In this document: positions 11,401-24,767 of the stretch, piece by piece
How positions within the stretch are numbered: the stretch's first letter is position 1
How the letters are laid out: the number at the start of each line of letters is the position of its first letter
Assembly (NCBI GenBank): GCA_002633005.1
Contig: NMRA01000847.1
Span: forward strand, 1-64,000
DNA from: Phoronis australis
Taxonomy: Eukaryota > Animalia > Phoronida
Direction: 5' to 3'
DNA: 64,000 nucleotides
Translations under genes and position numbers: made by a program
The notes under the pieces: model-generated
Databases searched by the model: none
Seen by the model: only the letters and a program-made list of their open reading frames with translations
Told to the model about the DNA's origin: nothing

Positions 11401-14400
11401 TCAAAAATTGGTTTCATAGACTGACAAATATCGATGCCAGGACAGCAATATGGTTATAGCTTCTTGCACCACAAAAGTGACACTAGTGGCTTCGTGGTGA
11501 AACGAAAAACTGTGCGAATCATTCTTTCTGCAGTCGATGCAGGTGGCGTGGCAGTGCAACGCGCCAGACGACTGTAAACTTACAGCGACACACTGCAGAA
11601 AAGCTTCACGGGATCTCGAGATAATTAGATAAAGAAACGGGCGAGGACATTCTTGGGTCACCTTTGGAATGAGTTCTTAGCAGACCAAAACTATTGCTCG
11701 TGCAGTTTCACTGAATTGAACGATTCTACCTCGTTCAATGTTTGTTTTAGTCAAGTGAAACAACTATCACACAGTCAATGTGTTGAATCTAGACACATTT
11801 TGTAAAACTCTCAGCTCCTTAAGCATGTGATTTCACAACATGAACTGCAATGGAGAAAAAGTGCAATACCAATGTACAACCAATGATTATGGAGACGTCT
11901 GTGCTCAGTAGCTCAGTAGTGAGAGCACTAGACCGGCAACTTAGAGATCTGTGGTTCGACTCCCAGTTGGGGTTCCTGATTTTTCTGTGTTTATTTGACA
12001 TATTTCATTCCTGGCCAACCTCATCGTTTTTATTTTTGTTTTTCTTAAATGTTTAGGCATTAAGCAAGTCCGGATAGGCAGCGGCGGCACGCGTCCATAC
12101 CACGCAGATACGTGGGTTGGGAGAAAGGTAGCTTCCATACACGACCACGCCAACAACATCCGCACAGTGGGGCTGGGAGAATTCGTTGCTGTCCTTAATG
12201 GCGTCGAATTCAGAACGAGGCACAACGACTATGGTTTGCGCATGCCCAGCACGAAGAGCAAACAATGGGGTGCCATTGAAGAAATACCATTCCCTGAAGT
12301 ACCTTACGCTGTAAGTTGAATAAATTCGATTGTCTGAATCTGAATTTGCAACCGTCATTCGGGTAATGCTGCTGAATAAGTAGACCTATAATGACCATTT
12401 ATTCAGCGATACTAGCCTTTGCCAGACTTGTAAACAAGTTATCTTCCAGGTCATACACAGGTATGGAACATTGTTATTTCCAGGTGACAAATATCGCCTC
12501 CTTTGTTACTTATCATGCGTATGGGGATTTATCTACCGTACGGCTATGGACCGATCTCGAGTGTGATATCAGAATATATGGCCCCATACATAATTTGGAC
12601 AGACCCCGTGGTTGACATTTCCATAATGGGCCGATCCAGAGGGAGTTGTCTTAACACATGCACTGATGTCCATATGACAAGGTAACCGGAGGGATCGGTC
12701 TGTGTTATTGCGCAACCACTGATTTTCTCTTCTCTGACAGTATTAGATTAGCTTGTTCTCACCTGCTGCGACGTACAGACATCATCTGCTCGGCTCGTTT
12801 ATGGTTTCTACAGCATGGGCTTAGCCACGTGCCGGAAATGCTACATGTACTGTACCTTGCTGGTGCTTAAATTCTAGTCCTGGAAACCAGTGCCTGGTTG
12901 CATAAAACTGTCTCAAATAGGGACTCAACAAATTTCCCTTAATGTACTGCATATTTTTGTGCTTGTGAAAACACTGATAGTCCCGTCTTATGCTGTTTGA
13001 GTCTCATTACCAAGTCAATTTTAGACTTTGATACAAATCTTGAGTGAACTCTTTGTTGAATGCTCAATATTATTGAAATTAACAGGGGATCTCTTTTCAT
13101 GCAACGCACCAAATTTAAGAACTAAGTCCCTAATTATTATAGAGCTCAGTTTTTAGTTATATTATTAAAAATGTCCTTATAGACGACGAGGAGCTCATAA
13201 TCAAGAGAAAGCGATAGAAAAATTTAACATCTGCGAGTGAAGAACGAAGCAAATATGCCAAAGACTTAGGGAACTTAGTTGAGCCCCTATTTGGGACTGT
13301 TTCATGCAACGGGGCACGGATTCCTCCAACGGCCATGGAATTGATGTCACTCGTAAATGCTCGATTTTTTTCTGTAATATTTAAAAAACTTGCTGCCTCC
13401 ATCAGAGTTTTTAATTGTATCCATCATTTACCAAATAAGGAAAAAGCCCTCGTGGGCTTACACAATGATCACAACCATTTGCCCAGGTAAAAAAACAACC
13501 TACGGTGAAAGCTCAAATTGCGGAAATGAAGGAGTGGTTCAAAGCGTGGAAGAATCAGGACTACAGCAAACGAGACTACAGAAAACACTTCAAACCAGTT
13601 CTCTGTTACCTTGAAGGTATGCTGAAGCTAGTGAATTCTAATCAATCGTACATGTATGTTACCATTCATACGAATTCCTTGGATAAACTAAGACCAACCA
13701 AAATTGCCTATGGAATTGTACATTTTTTTTAAAGCGTGCAATATTGGCTCCATCGCACCAGTCAATTCTTTAAAAAATCTTGTCGGTCTCAGACCCAGAT
13801 CGCCAATTTTTTTGAGAAAGCTTTTACCACTAAAGCTGCTACAGAACCGCCTGCTGCAAAAAAAAACTGTCAATCTTGAATAGGTAGGCAGGTAGACATA
13901 AGGTTCTCGCGATTGAAGCAAGTGTGATTACGTATTTTGCTTGTAATGCATGGAGACACCTCGAGAAATTTTGCGCTTTTACCAGGTTTTCGGGTTTTCA
14001 CAAAGCATGCCAGGCTCAATAAGTTGCTTTGACCCGGCTGGTAACTTACTGCACGTGACTTAGAAACACCTCCAAACACTAGCGAACTACATGTTCTTTC
14101 CAAGTCTAGAAATGACACACACTGTAATGTGGAAAAGAAAACAAGGTGAGGTTAGATGTGCGAGAACGTCGAGAATTTCAAAATCACGCACGTCTGCGAT
14201 ATATCGCCATGTATTACAAGCGAAGTAGGAGTTCAGGTCATTGCGTCTACGGAACTCTGACAGATTCGTCAGGGTAGGTGGTTTGAGTCATTTTTAGAGA
14301 ATGCATATAGGACGTCCAAGATTAATTACATACATATATTTCCGATATTTAAGAATACCATCTTTTCACTTGCTTTAACATAAACTCAAAATTATCGGCA

Positions 14401-17400
14401 ATGCAAGTCTATGAAGGCAATCAATACCGCTTTTGGGTTTGATAATAGAATCGTATTATTTACATGTTGTTGAAAAAGCGGACGTTTGTTGGCAGGACGT
14501 TTTTTGTGAATTGAACAGTTAAAATGGACTCGATTCCAAAAGCGAAAACTTCAACTTTACATTAAGGCGTTATATTCACGCACAAAACGCGTTTGCATTA
14601 TCGCCAGGACTTGATGAATATATGATATCGTGGGTGATATTGGCATCCAAATATAATTTTTCAAACACTGAACCCCCAGTTAATGCTCGACACTAGTAGC
14701 TTGACGCTAACTCGCCAAATGTGACTTAAAGAAAATCTCAGGTCGCCAAATGAATTCTAAGGTCGCCAAACAGGTGGTCGAAAAAACCTTGTTATTTAAA
14801 ATCACGCGTAACATTTCCATTTCACCCGCATACACGCCACCACTTCCTGTGGGTATTGCGATATACAATACCTTTAAGAGACACATTGCCGCGTCAGACT
14901 ATCCAAAGCTGTTTGTTTCCGTCATTCAATAGAAATCCTCGTGTCTACCCTCCGATCACTAAACAATGTTTACCGGGCGAGCTCATAATTTACACGGTTA
15001 CGTTTTGGAGTTATATTTTAGTTTGCTAATCCAAACCCAATCCAACAGAATTCCTGTTACGGAAAGCAGACTGTCAGAAACACTCGATAAGTGTGTCCGA
15101 CGACTCCGCCTCCCTTCTTTTGTAATTTTAGCACACGCTATATTAGACGCTGACTACCGTCTCTAGCTAGCCTGTAGAAACTGTGAAGGTCTATACTCCG
15201 GGAGCTTTTCGGCCAATTATGCATCACCCTGATTAAAACATCAAAGTAGGCTACCTGTTGCGTTTGAATTACACATTAGGGGACCGTCAATGTCTCACAC
15301 CCTTCAAACTCGAAAAAATACTCCCGTTATCAAGCTTTTCATTCGAGCAGTCCTTCGTTTAGTTCCCGAAATCGGAAACAGGCCTTTTTACACCGCGCAC
15401 GCTAGGAGATACAACGTCATACCACAAACCTCGCGCAGTGCTATTTTAATGTCTGTTCATATCAAAGCATTTTCTTTTAGTTTCAAATTTCAAAAAAGAT
15501 CTGTCACCTGTTTAACACTTTGTCGATTTTTCTTCCCCATGGCAAAGCACGTCTCCTTATTTTGTATGGCAAGACATAGACGTAACATGTCCCCCTTACA
15601 TGGAAAATCTGACGTCATGGAACTGACTGTAAGCGCATGCGTGCATTTACCATAAGCGCGCGGAGAGATTAGAAATTCTGTGGTAACAACAGAGTATTTC
15701 CCGCACGAGTATTTCGAAAACCGTGAGCTTTGTGATTGATTTGGAAATATTGGCAGTCACAGGGAAAATAGATTTCACTGTATTAGTCCTTGCGACATGG
15801 TATTTTCCTCAGGAATTTTTTAAAACATATTTTTGCTTCATCAACCAATTTAAATATGTCTTTACGAGACAGAAGTAAAGTTCATCTTGTATATAGTTTA
15901 TTTATTTTTTGACATTTGTTATGGACCTTCGGAAAAATCACATCAATTTTAAATTTCTCGGTGTCGTTCAAGGCGCAAAAATATTGTTATAAGCCAAACG
16001 ATATGTTTGAACTGTAGCTACCTAAGTAGATATTCATGTCTAAATGACAAACAAACAAACAAACGAGAAATCTGGTAGGTGACATGTACACAGGCACTTT
16101 AGCATTTATCTTAAAATATCGCCTTCTTTCCACACGAATATGTTAGAATGACTGCAGCTGACTTTCCATTGACCTTCGTGTCACGTTGTAGGCGCATGGA
16201 CACTGTCAGGTGACAAGATTGAGGAGTCATTCACAAGTGACCGCCATTTTATCGACGCGAGCACGTGGTTTGAACTACAAGACAAGATAAGATACATGTC
16301 TTACTCAGGTATTAACTATAGCACTTTACAGTTGCTAGAGCCCTGCTGGGCATGTTCTATATGTGCGCACCATTCCGTTGGTGCTACGACAGTTTATGGA
16401 TATGCTTTGAAGATATTATAATTTTTACTTTTTTCGACAAGAGGGACGGTAGTAAATAAACTTTCAACGTCAAGATATACACGATAGGAATTTAGTGTTG
16501 CGTCAATAGATCTTAACAAATCTAAAAATTTATCACTAGATTTCACATAGTACTTACATGTACATGTACATGTATAAGGTAAGTATTGTTTAATAAGTTT
16601 ATCTAATGTTTTAGCAATTTCATAGGTAGGGGCTAGGAATCCGTAAGAGACTGGTTCCTAGGTAGGGGGTAAATACTTGAGAAATGATGGGTCTTAGTGG
16701 GTACCATGGCTTATGTGTTTAATGGTTACCGTACAAGTATCCTTCTGAAAAATCACCCTTAACAATTTTGAAATACTTTTTGTCAACATTAGCTAGTGTA
16801 ATGAAACGGTTTAGCTCTTTCTTGAGACTATTTACGGTGTTACGATTTATACTCTCAAACTTTGACTTGTCAGCGAGGATATTATTCAGCTTCTCTTTGT
16901 ACTCTTTCTCATTCATTGTGACATACGCAGTGGTCTTATCACACTTTCTAATAACAATGTCATCATTATCCCTCAGTTGCTTGGCGGCAATACAAAGTTC
17001 TTTGGTTAATATTCTTTTGGAATTTCTTTAATTTGCGTTGAAGGTCGAAAAAGTGGCAATGAAAATCTTGCTTACCTGCCCACAACATTATGGGACGTCA
17101 GCGATGAAGGTGTCCCATCTTACGCCCAGTGGAACTACCGCATCTTGTGCCAACCGCTTAAGGACGACATTCCTCTGAATAGATTCAGGGTTGTGAATGA
17201 TCTCGGTGCCCGCATGGCGTTCGGTAGCTCGATGGCAAACCATCAGAATTCACGTGCTGCGCGATTCCAGCTAAACCCGAACGACAAGCCGTGGACGGAC
17301 TCGGAGGGTTCATCGCAGTGAGTTGAGAGTTCATTTTCTAAGAGTAAGTTATGACCAGTTCATGGCCTGCAGTTTTATCAAACCTACTCTTTACCTTTAG

Positions 17401-20400
17401 TAAATCAGCATTAAAGGCAAGTGATGCCAATGCAAGTGTTACCTGGAGAAAATACAAAAAATTAGACTCAGAACCAGTCTTCATGGACACCTGCTTGATT
17501 GCAAAATATGTAACATACTGGGTCTGTTTTCGTTGAATTCATGGGTTTTGTTGTCATTGATTTTTGTCGCCTGTGTCGAAATCACGTAATGTTGCTGAAA
17601 TAATTTGGATCCCCTAAAAAAAATAATCGTGGTTTTTGTTAGAGACTGCAGGGTCATGGAATCTAGGACATTTTGCACACGGATCAAATATTTTTAATGT
17701 TTATTACGCGGATGAAAGATCATAATTTGTTTAGAAGTACAACATACAAAAAGTAGATTGGAATTGAAATTAAACTGTACTCTAAACACAAGCCCATCAG
17801 CTTTAAGACATGGCTGCCCAGTGGCACACCGCCGAATTCCTGCGTTGACTCACGAATCCTGACTGCCGTGAATTACGGCCTAACATAGGATACAATGGTC
17901 AGCGAACAGATCAGTATTTTAATGGAATACAAAAATAAAAAAATAAGAGATGAGTCTTACCTGTGCCACCGCGCCACCTATGTGGAAAAATGAACACTGG
18001 AAAAGAGGCTAAGGTGAATCTCAGCACAGTGGTAGAGAACAGTAAAAGAGCTACCAGAGTCATGAACAGAGAGTGGAAAATTAGACAGAACAGTGGTGGG
18101 AAACATGTGTTTCTCTAGGAGCTAAGTCACCAAAGGCAATTTCACCTATTTGCAATCTTGGTAAACCTTGCCGTGACTATTCATTGTTCTTTTTGCTGGT
18201 GACGTAATTGTCTGAATTTTTCAACAGGTATGGATTCTTGGACAGACTCATGGAACAGATACCAGGCAAAGACAACGCTGGTGCTAAATTGACTGATAAC
18301 GCCATGGGAGACCCCGCTTATCATCTGAAAACTGATCAGCCCGTAAACGCAGGTAAGCTGTCAATCATTTTATCACCGTTCCTACCTCCGCCGTCAATAG
18401 CCTCGTTGTCAGCGGCATTCATCAACACCATTACAACTTTTCATGACAGCGTTTTCCCGTTCAGTGCCTTTAGCAGACGAAGGTTCTTTATTAACTGCCA
18501 AGCAAAGTCTTTTGTCTGTTATGACAACAGGCAGGCCATTTGTATTCCAGGCTTATTATAGACCACCGTGTGAACACCCTCAAACCAAGAGTGAATTGGT
18601 ACATTCAGTAAGAATTGTTTACCGTAACTTTCCTCTGCAGTTGGGCGATTTTTGCGATTCAAAAAGTAAACATGATCACCACTAGACGAGGATTTCAGAA
18701 ATGCCATTGGTTTATGTTCAAATATATTATAACTTAACTTTTATTTTTAACAGCACAGCCCAGTCATACTAGATACGATCTTTTTGAAGATTAGAGTAAT
18801 TATCGAACAAAAGAGAGCTGGCCCCTTAACCATGAATGCCAGAATGGAGGAAATCAGTCGTGTAAAATATTGGCTACAGGGTTAAACTTCCCAACTCATT
18901 GTTGGGCTTTAGAATCGAACAAGTTGGGAGCAACGGGAAAACACCGTAATGTCATAGCCAAAACGTCTAAGTTTTTCAGCGGTAGAAGAACTCTGAATGC
19001 TTTCTTTTTGTTAAAATATTTTCTTTAGAATATTAGGAAGTACAATTAACTGCTTTTCATTTTTATAAAACTTGGAGGTGTTTGAAATAAAGAAAGTCCC
19101 ATAGAAGAGTCGCTACGATTAACCGATTTTGATTGCCCATTAATAAGAAAGTGTCGATGAAAAAGTGCCACGCCTACGCTGTTTCAGGGTCCAGCGTGTT
19201 ATTGCATTAGTTGGAGGTGGATACAATATAAGTCTCGTGTTTCACTTGGTATCACCAGGGAACTAAGTAAAATGTATTTGATCGTTTCCAAGCTTACTAC
19301 CATCGCTACTTTAAGTCGTACAAGAGAGGAGCGATGGGACTGAAGACGCGTTCACGCGGGTATGCCGACGTAAACATGTGGGCTGCAATGACGACTCAGC
19401 CGAAGGTAAGCGCAAAGGTTGTAAACATGGAGCGCCCTTAGCGTCGGCGTGTGTGACGACTTCAATTGAATGCGTCTGAGAGAAGTTTTGACAGCTACAG
19501 GCATCTAGCTGTGCACGCGTTGAAAGCGTCAACGTCACGTGCCGTTAACGTTTAACCAATTAGAACACTTTCTGTGTGTTTAGCTTTAGGATAATATACA
19601 TGTATGTCTAAAATATTGGGGGTTTGTTTGGACATCTGACAACAATAAACAATGTCTCGACGTGACATTAAGGACATTCTATAGATAACGGGTACTCTTG
19701 AAGTGGACGCGCGGGATAAGTTCTAAAAATTTGGATCCATTTATTAGTACAACGATGCGATACCCTATGGAGAGGCCCATTGATTCCCGGTCCGCCACCC
19801 GACAAATGGACTCTAATTCTCAAGACCCTGGATTCTACATAGACAGTTATTCAATTACATGTTTTGTTCTTACGTTGATGTTCCACAATGCAATGCACAC
19901 AGGTTAGAAGGTAGGCAGACAAAAAGACAGTCAGAAAAACATGGCTGCCCAGAAAAGTACACATTGCGACTACAGAACCCTCGTAGGTATCAACCAACTA
20001 ACCTCGAGTGCATGCCTTCACCCAACTGTTGGGTTGTAACGTCTTAGCTTGCCGATCTAGGTCAAACCAACCTCTTTTCTCACTTGCAACCTGTCACTGA
20101 ACTGGCTAGCGCAAATATGCTATTACGTGGAACAGATCACAACGTTCAGCGCGCTGTCATATATCCTAATCCCATAGTAGGCTTATAAGACAAATATCCA
20201 GTACAAGCCCACCTTTGTATGAATCCTCCCCGTTTGTAAAGCTTTCTAATGACCCAAGGTGTTATATCACAGCAAATACGTGAAAAAATTGCGAATCGTG
20301 TTTCTCGTGATAATGTTAGCTTTGTCTTGTAGGTGGCGCCAATGAAGTATAGAGATTGTCCCCGGCGAGGCAAATGCACAGAGATCTCTCAACGTTGGAC

Positions 20401-23400
20401 CTATGCCATACCGTTGGAAATCATATACTTGACGCCGCTCTACAAGTGGAACCCATACAATCTTAAATATAAGGTACACGTTGACAAGCGAATATGATTT
20501 AATGTTTAGCTATATATAGTGATATTCCAGCCGGGAATTACTGCAATGGTAGTAGGAATTTCCTTGATGGCGAATCGTTACATATAACTGCATACTTTGC
20601 TTAGTTACGTTGATCATACAGGTACGTTGCAACGTAGTGGCAAGGGGGGCATGCCCACCCCCTAAACTTCTCCCTTATTCCATTTGGCATTTCGGGGGTG
20701 CGAATGTCGGACTGGCAAAATCCTGGCTAATACTCTTCTCTGCCTCCCGACCTTGCATTGTTTTTAAACAACAAAGTGCTTCCGTTGTTAATTTAACGCT
20801 GACAGCAAAGCAGCGGCGGTACCCCCCTCCCCTCCCCTTAAATGCAAACTCGATGACAGTGCGTTTGGTGGTGTGCACGATTATATGCAATGGTTTGCAA
20901 AGAAGAATGCGTTTGAATCCCATGTACAGTTATAAAATCGAGTTCTAGTTCGAGAGTCTTAGTATCACCTCGCCATGTGTCGTTTGCGAACTTGGTTTAT
21001 AAGCTACAGCATCTGCGTACACCGGGCATATGGTTACAACTTGAAAACCGTACACGAAGAACTGAAAATATCGAAAAAATTGGATGTCAAGCTCTCAGAA
21101 TGCCTTGTGTCAATTGTCTCTTTTCAGTACTTTTACCCCCAATACATTCCAAGCAGTTCTTATGTATTACTGTCGCTTGATTAGCATTTTATACCATTAA
21201 AAGACCGGACTTTCTTATTCAAAAGTTCTTTGCAAGTAGAATCAATCCCTTAATAGATCTATTTTATGCAGGAAGGCAATTGTGCTGAAGAATGACCACC
21301 TGAAACGTCGTCGGTACCTCCAAATTGACAGGAATTTCAGATTAAGCATAATCATTTAGTAGTCTATAAAAGCTACATTCGAGGAACGAGTTCCCTCCTA
21401 AGGAATACTAATATATTCGTTAAATTTGAGTATTGATATGCTACTTCAAGGGAGTCTACAACAAAAAATCTAAGACCATCGAGACTGTGTATGCCGGAGG
21501 GCCGAAGAGCAACGGTGGTAGACGCAATGGGGGGTTGAAGCCCGAACTCGCCTACAACGGAACTCACAGTAAACTGTACATCATCACCCCAGACGAGTTC
21601 TACAGCGGTAAAGAGGTAATACTGTGAATGTGGTCCAATATTGTTTGCTGGTCATCAAACTAGAAAGGTCAAAAAGCCGCACCCCCAATACACAAACGCC
21701 AGTGCTGTAGTGGTAAAATTAGAAGTAAGTAGGCGCCCAGAGCCCACCGCATCACCTTGAGCACGGAACGTAACTTACAGTGAGTAGGCGCTACGCTCAC
21801 ATGCCAAAAGGTGGTTGGCTGCGTTTACGTAAGCCTACGCTTCACTACAGCACTGACAAACACACGATGAAACTCATGAGAGGCCTCCTTTTGGCGGCGA
21901 AGTCTATCAGTTCCTTTCGGTGATATGGGTGAAACTTTTGTTTTGTATTAAACACGTTTACATCATAAGTGATAACTGGCGTAGAGGTTTGGCTTCTTAA
22001 ACCAGTCATTAAATAATATAGATCGTGCCAACCTGTACTGTTGCCAGATAAAGGGTATTGCTTATTCTGAGGGCTCCGAGAGCATCTAAAGTTATTATTA
22101 CCTTCCAAATCCCACGTGAAATCCTATCCTGTCTGTGTGTGCGACTCTTCCAGCTTCTGAAAGATCCTGCCGACACAACACGTGGTGGCGCATATGGCGT
22201 GCTGGATCGCAAAGGTAACTTGCGAGCTGTCAGAGCCGCCGGTACAAGAGCTATGTTACCCAACATTCCTGGCGTGGGTTCATTGAGGACAAGATATCCC
22301 ATCATGCCGGTGCACGCAGAAGGTAAGAAAATTTCAAACTGTGTAGTTTGTTGTTATGATGCACACCTGAAGTACAGAGATTTTTGGGCTCTAAATGCGT
22401 CAGACAACTGTTAAATTTGAAATTAACGTTGAACTAGCATAAATAAACACCTTTGAACGAGATAGAGACATTTTTGTTTTGGAACATTGATTTACGGTTG
22501 ATCATGAGTGCATCTTTACCACTATTTCTTAAATAAAGTTAGGAACTGATACGATGGTTGTTGGTTAACATATCGTCTAAGAGAACTTGCTCACAAAAGT
22601 TGTTTATGAAATCGTTTGCCATTGATGCTTCTTTTAGGGAGTGCTATATGGAAGGAAATTGATGCTTTGAAGGACGTTGTCATGGACCTTTCTCGCTACG
22701 GCCATATGCTCTATAAAGCCCCTAGTTTTACATCCGGGCAGAAAATTAACGGAACTGACGTAAGAAAACATGACAAACTATATATCGTAACTCACGAAAT
22801 ACAAATGAAAAAAACAACTAAAGCAGCGGATTCTATATATGTCTATCTCACTGCGGTCATGTGAAAAACACGGATGTTTTGTTGTGAAAGAATCAAATTT
22901 GTTTAATTGAAATAAATCAAAACATTGACCATGTTTACTGAAGTTTGGTTGGTCTCTACTGGTGTTTATTTAGCTTATGTCAAGGAAAAAGACGTGTCCC
23001 ACCTTTGGGCTAGGGCCAGGAGTGTCGACTGAAGATGGGAAGTAGCCAATCAAAATTCCACAACATAACATGGTTTGCTAGACACTATCCAGGCACTTTG
23101 TAAAACTCTGACCTCATCAAGAATCACTTTTGGCACATTTTTCTTCCCACTAGGATTCGCTAACTTATGAGCTTCCTGTGACTGTCAGAGATCCTCCTGG
23201 TGAGCATTCGCATCTGTTGACTTTGTCACCTGACGACATCAAAGATTTGAAGGCGGGGAAGCGAGTAACTGTTACGACGACCATCGACAACGGGCATGCT
23301 CACTCTTTAACACTTGCTTACAAGAAATGGAAAGGGTACTATGTGGTGTTGTGCGATGGCTCGAAAAAATGCTGGGATGGACACGGAGATGTACTAAAGA

Positions 23401-23414
23401 AGGCAGATCAGTAA
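8477..23414 (+). CDS. Gene A: uncharacterized secreted protein, 681 aa, 12 coding exons: 8477-8651, 12057-12310, 13487-13616, 16192-16308, 17044-17317, 18228-18352, 19293-19405, 20333-20473, 21451-21615, 22154-22322, 22638-22759, 23154-23414
   Basis: All introns are GT-AG, phases are compatible, and the exons sum to 2046 nt with no internal stop. Signal peptide MLLSILAFVIALVGLCSPA. Motifs IHDHANNIRTVGLGEFVAVLNGVEFRTRHNDY, FKPVLCYLEGAW, WNYRILC, YAIPLEIIYLTPL..WNPY, DPADT, RYPIMPVH; C-terminal HSH...GHAH...CDG..CWDGH. Exon lengths are identical in copy B. Confidence 0.9.
10392..11127. mobile_element. ~730-bp interspersed element beginning with a long hairpin (intron 1 of gene A)
   Basis: Homologous to 42970-43710 and absent from intron 1 of gene B. 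Inverted repeat 10392-10530 (GGAATAACACAAAACGTACC...GATGAAGTAATATCCCAC / GTGGGATATTACTTCATC...GGTACGTTTTGTGTTTATTCC). Confidence 0.7.
11285..11590 (+). pseudogene. IS3EU-like transposase remnant (unit A copy, partly deleted)
   Basis: VDMLRHHFGIIISVRHLRRLVSRLWLARRRNYSD...YGY...RKTVRIILSAVDAGG; paralogous to 33960-34350. Confidence 0.5.
11901..12035 (+). mobile_element. tRNA-derived SINE (head + T-rich tail), gene A intron 1 only
   Basis: A-box TAGCTCAGTAG and B-box GGTTCGACTCC with an imperfect cloverleaf. Absent at the paralogous site in B. A partial reverse copy lies at ~5200-5250. Confidence 0.7.
12891..13316. mobile_element. PIF/Harbinger-like MITE (426 bp)
   Basis: Imperfect TIRs TGCCTGGTTGCATAAAACTGTCTCAAATAGGG / CCCTATTTGGGACTGTTTCATGCAACGGGGCA, flanked by CAG/CGG. 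Empty site in unit B (~35855 AACCAGGTTCCTCC). Confidence 0.7.
16394..17030 (-). mobile_element. Penelope-like retroelement reverse-transcriptase fragment (gene A intron 4)
   Basis: DDIVIRKCDKTTAYVTMNEKEYKEKLNNILADKSKF, YLYGN..HKPWYPLRPIISQV, PTYEIAKTLDKLIK, LDVESLFTTVP with frameshifts. Not present in B intron 4. Confidence 0.8.
18443..18955. mobile_element. Probable non-autonomous TIR element, gene A intron 6 only
   Basis: ~510 bp absent from B. Imperfect terminal inverted match TGACAGCGTTTTCCCGTT / AACGGGAAAACACCGTAATGTCA. Confidence 0.5.
21700..21855. mobile_element. hAT-type MITE (156 bp)
   Basis: Perfect 13-bp TIR CAGTGCTGTAGTG/CACTACAGCACTG with 8-bp TSD ACAAACGC/ACAAACAC. Absent in unit B. 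Confidence 0.8.
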
Positions 23415-24767
23415 CTGAAATGTTTGTCATGACTTAGTTAAGCTGTCCTTCAACAGTTGTTTAATTTTGCCATGTCAGTTTGAAAATGTTTGGAATGTAT
23501 CGTAATATAAAAGATCGTTTCTAGAGTGACCACACTGTCAATGGAATATGTTGATCTTTTTGATGATCACTCCACAGGTTCAAGCCAATTTGGCGGAGGA
23601 GTGACTAAGGTACCAGAAACTCGTACATGTAAATGGTCTTTAATTAATTGTTTGACAGATCAGACAAACTAGAACTCAAAACGCTACAGAATGCAGTAGA
23701 GCGTTAGACAACAGATTGCACTCGCGACAAAAAAAAAAATAGAAAAAAACAGTGCTTTCGAAACGAAAACAGTTAATCCCACAACTCGACTCTTCTACCT
23801 CGCCGACCAAGTACTTCAGTGATCGCCATTTTGCAAAGGCCAGCCAAACCACTCGCACACATTTTCGCGAAAAACTCGCTTTTCACTCGCGTAATTTCGC
23901 TTGGGGTTCAGTGCATTTCTAAAAAGAAAGAAAGTATACAGAAAACATTCCAGTTCTGGTAGATACATTTATTAGCACGAAGATGTAGCGAGGTGACACC
24001 AAGTGGCTGAATGATGGAAAAGATAACATCCGAGTGACGGAGTGATGTTTTACGTCACTATCCGACTGCAAATGAACCGACCACACGCATACCAAAGGTA
24101 ATGATTTATTAATTTAACAGCAGGGCTACTGACGGTCGTATAAAATGCAAAACGAAATGTTCATACAAGAGTATGTCTGTGTATGTGGAACCGCAAATAT
24201 CGCCATGCTTTCCAAAAAACTAGGATCAGTTTAGAAAAACGTGGGTACTGGGGAGTTGACTTATACATGTACGTTTTCAAGCCGAGACTGAGCCAATCTG
24301 GAAGAGACATGGGCCATGTTAGAAACTGCACTGCGTCAAAATACTTTTGTACAGTACTTTATGCGAGACACACACACATTGATATATGTACAGTATAGCC
24401 TACTGTCAAATGACACAAACCTGCAATGAATTCTTACAAAGTGATCATCGACAGGGGTCAGTAGTAATCTTGTAACGTCGGTTGCATATCAGTTATAAGT
24501 TGGATAGCAATCAAATCTATATGTGTTTCAAAACACTTCTTTCCACACTTCTTGGAAAACCTTTGGCTAACAGATATCCTCAAAACTGGGAAGCACGCGT
24601 GACAATGACAGAATGCTGACTGGTTGCGTTTTTACACTTTGACTTTCTCTGGTTACGGTCGGGCGTTTGAGTAAAACGCAGCGAGTGCAGGCAACTCGTA
24701 CAAACAAAAAAGAAACGTGACTGGCTTACTATAAAACCCAAAACAATCTCGTGGCTCTTCAATACAA

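Noticed and set aside
11901-11976. Functional tRNA gene
   Set aside because: Stems are imperfect, it runs into a SINE-like body/tail, a second partial copy exists at ~5200, and it is absent from the paralogous intron.
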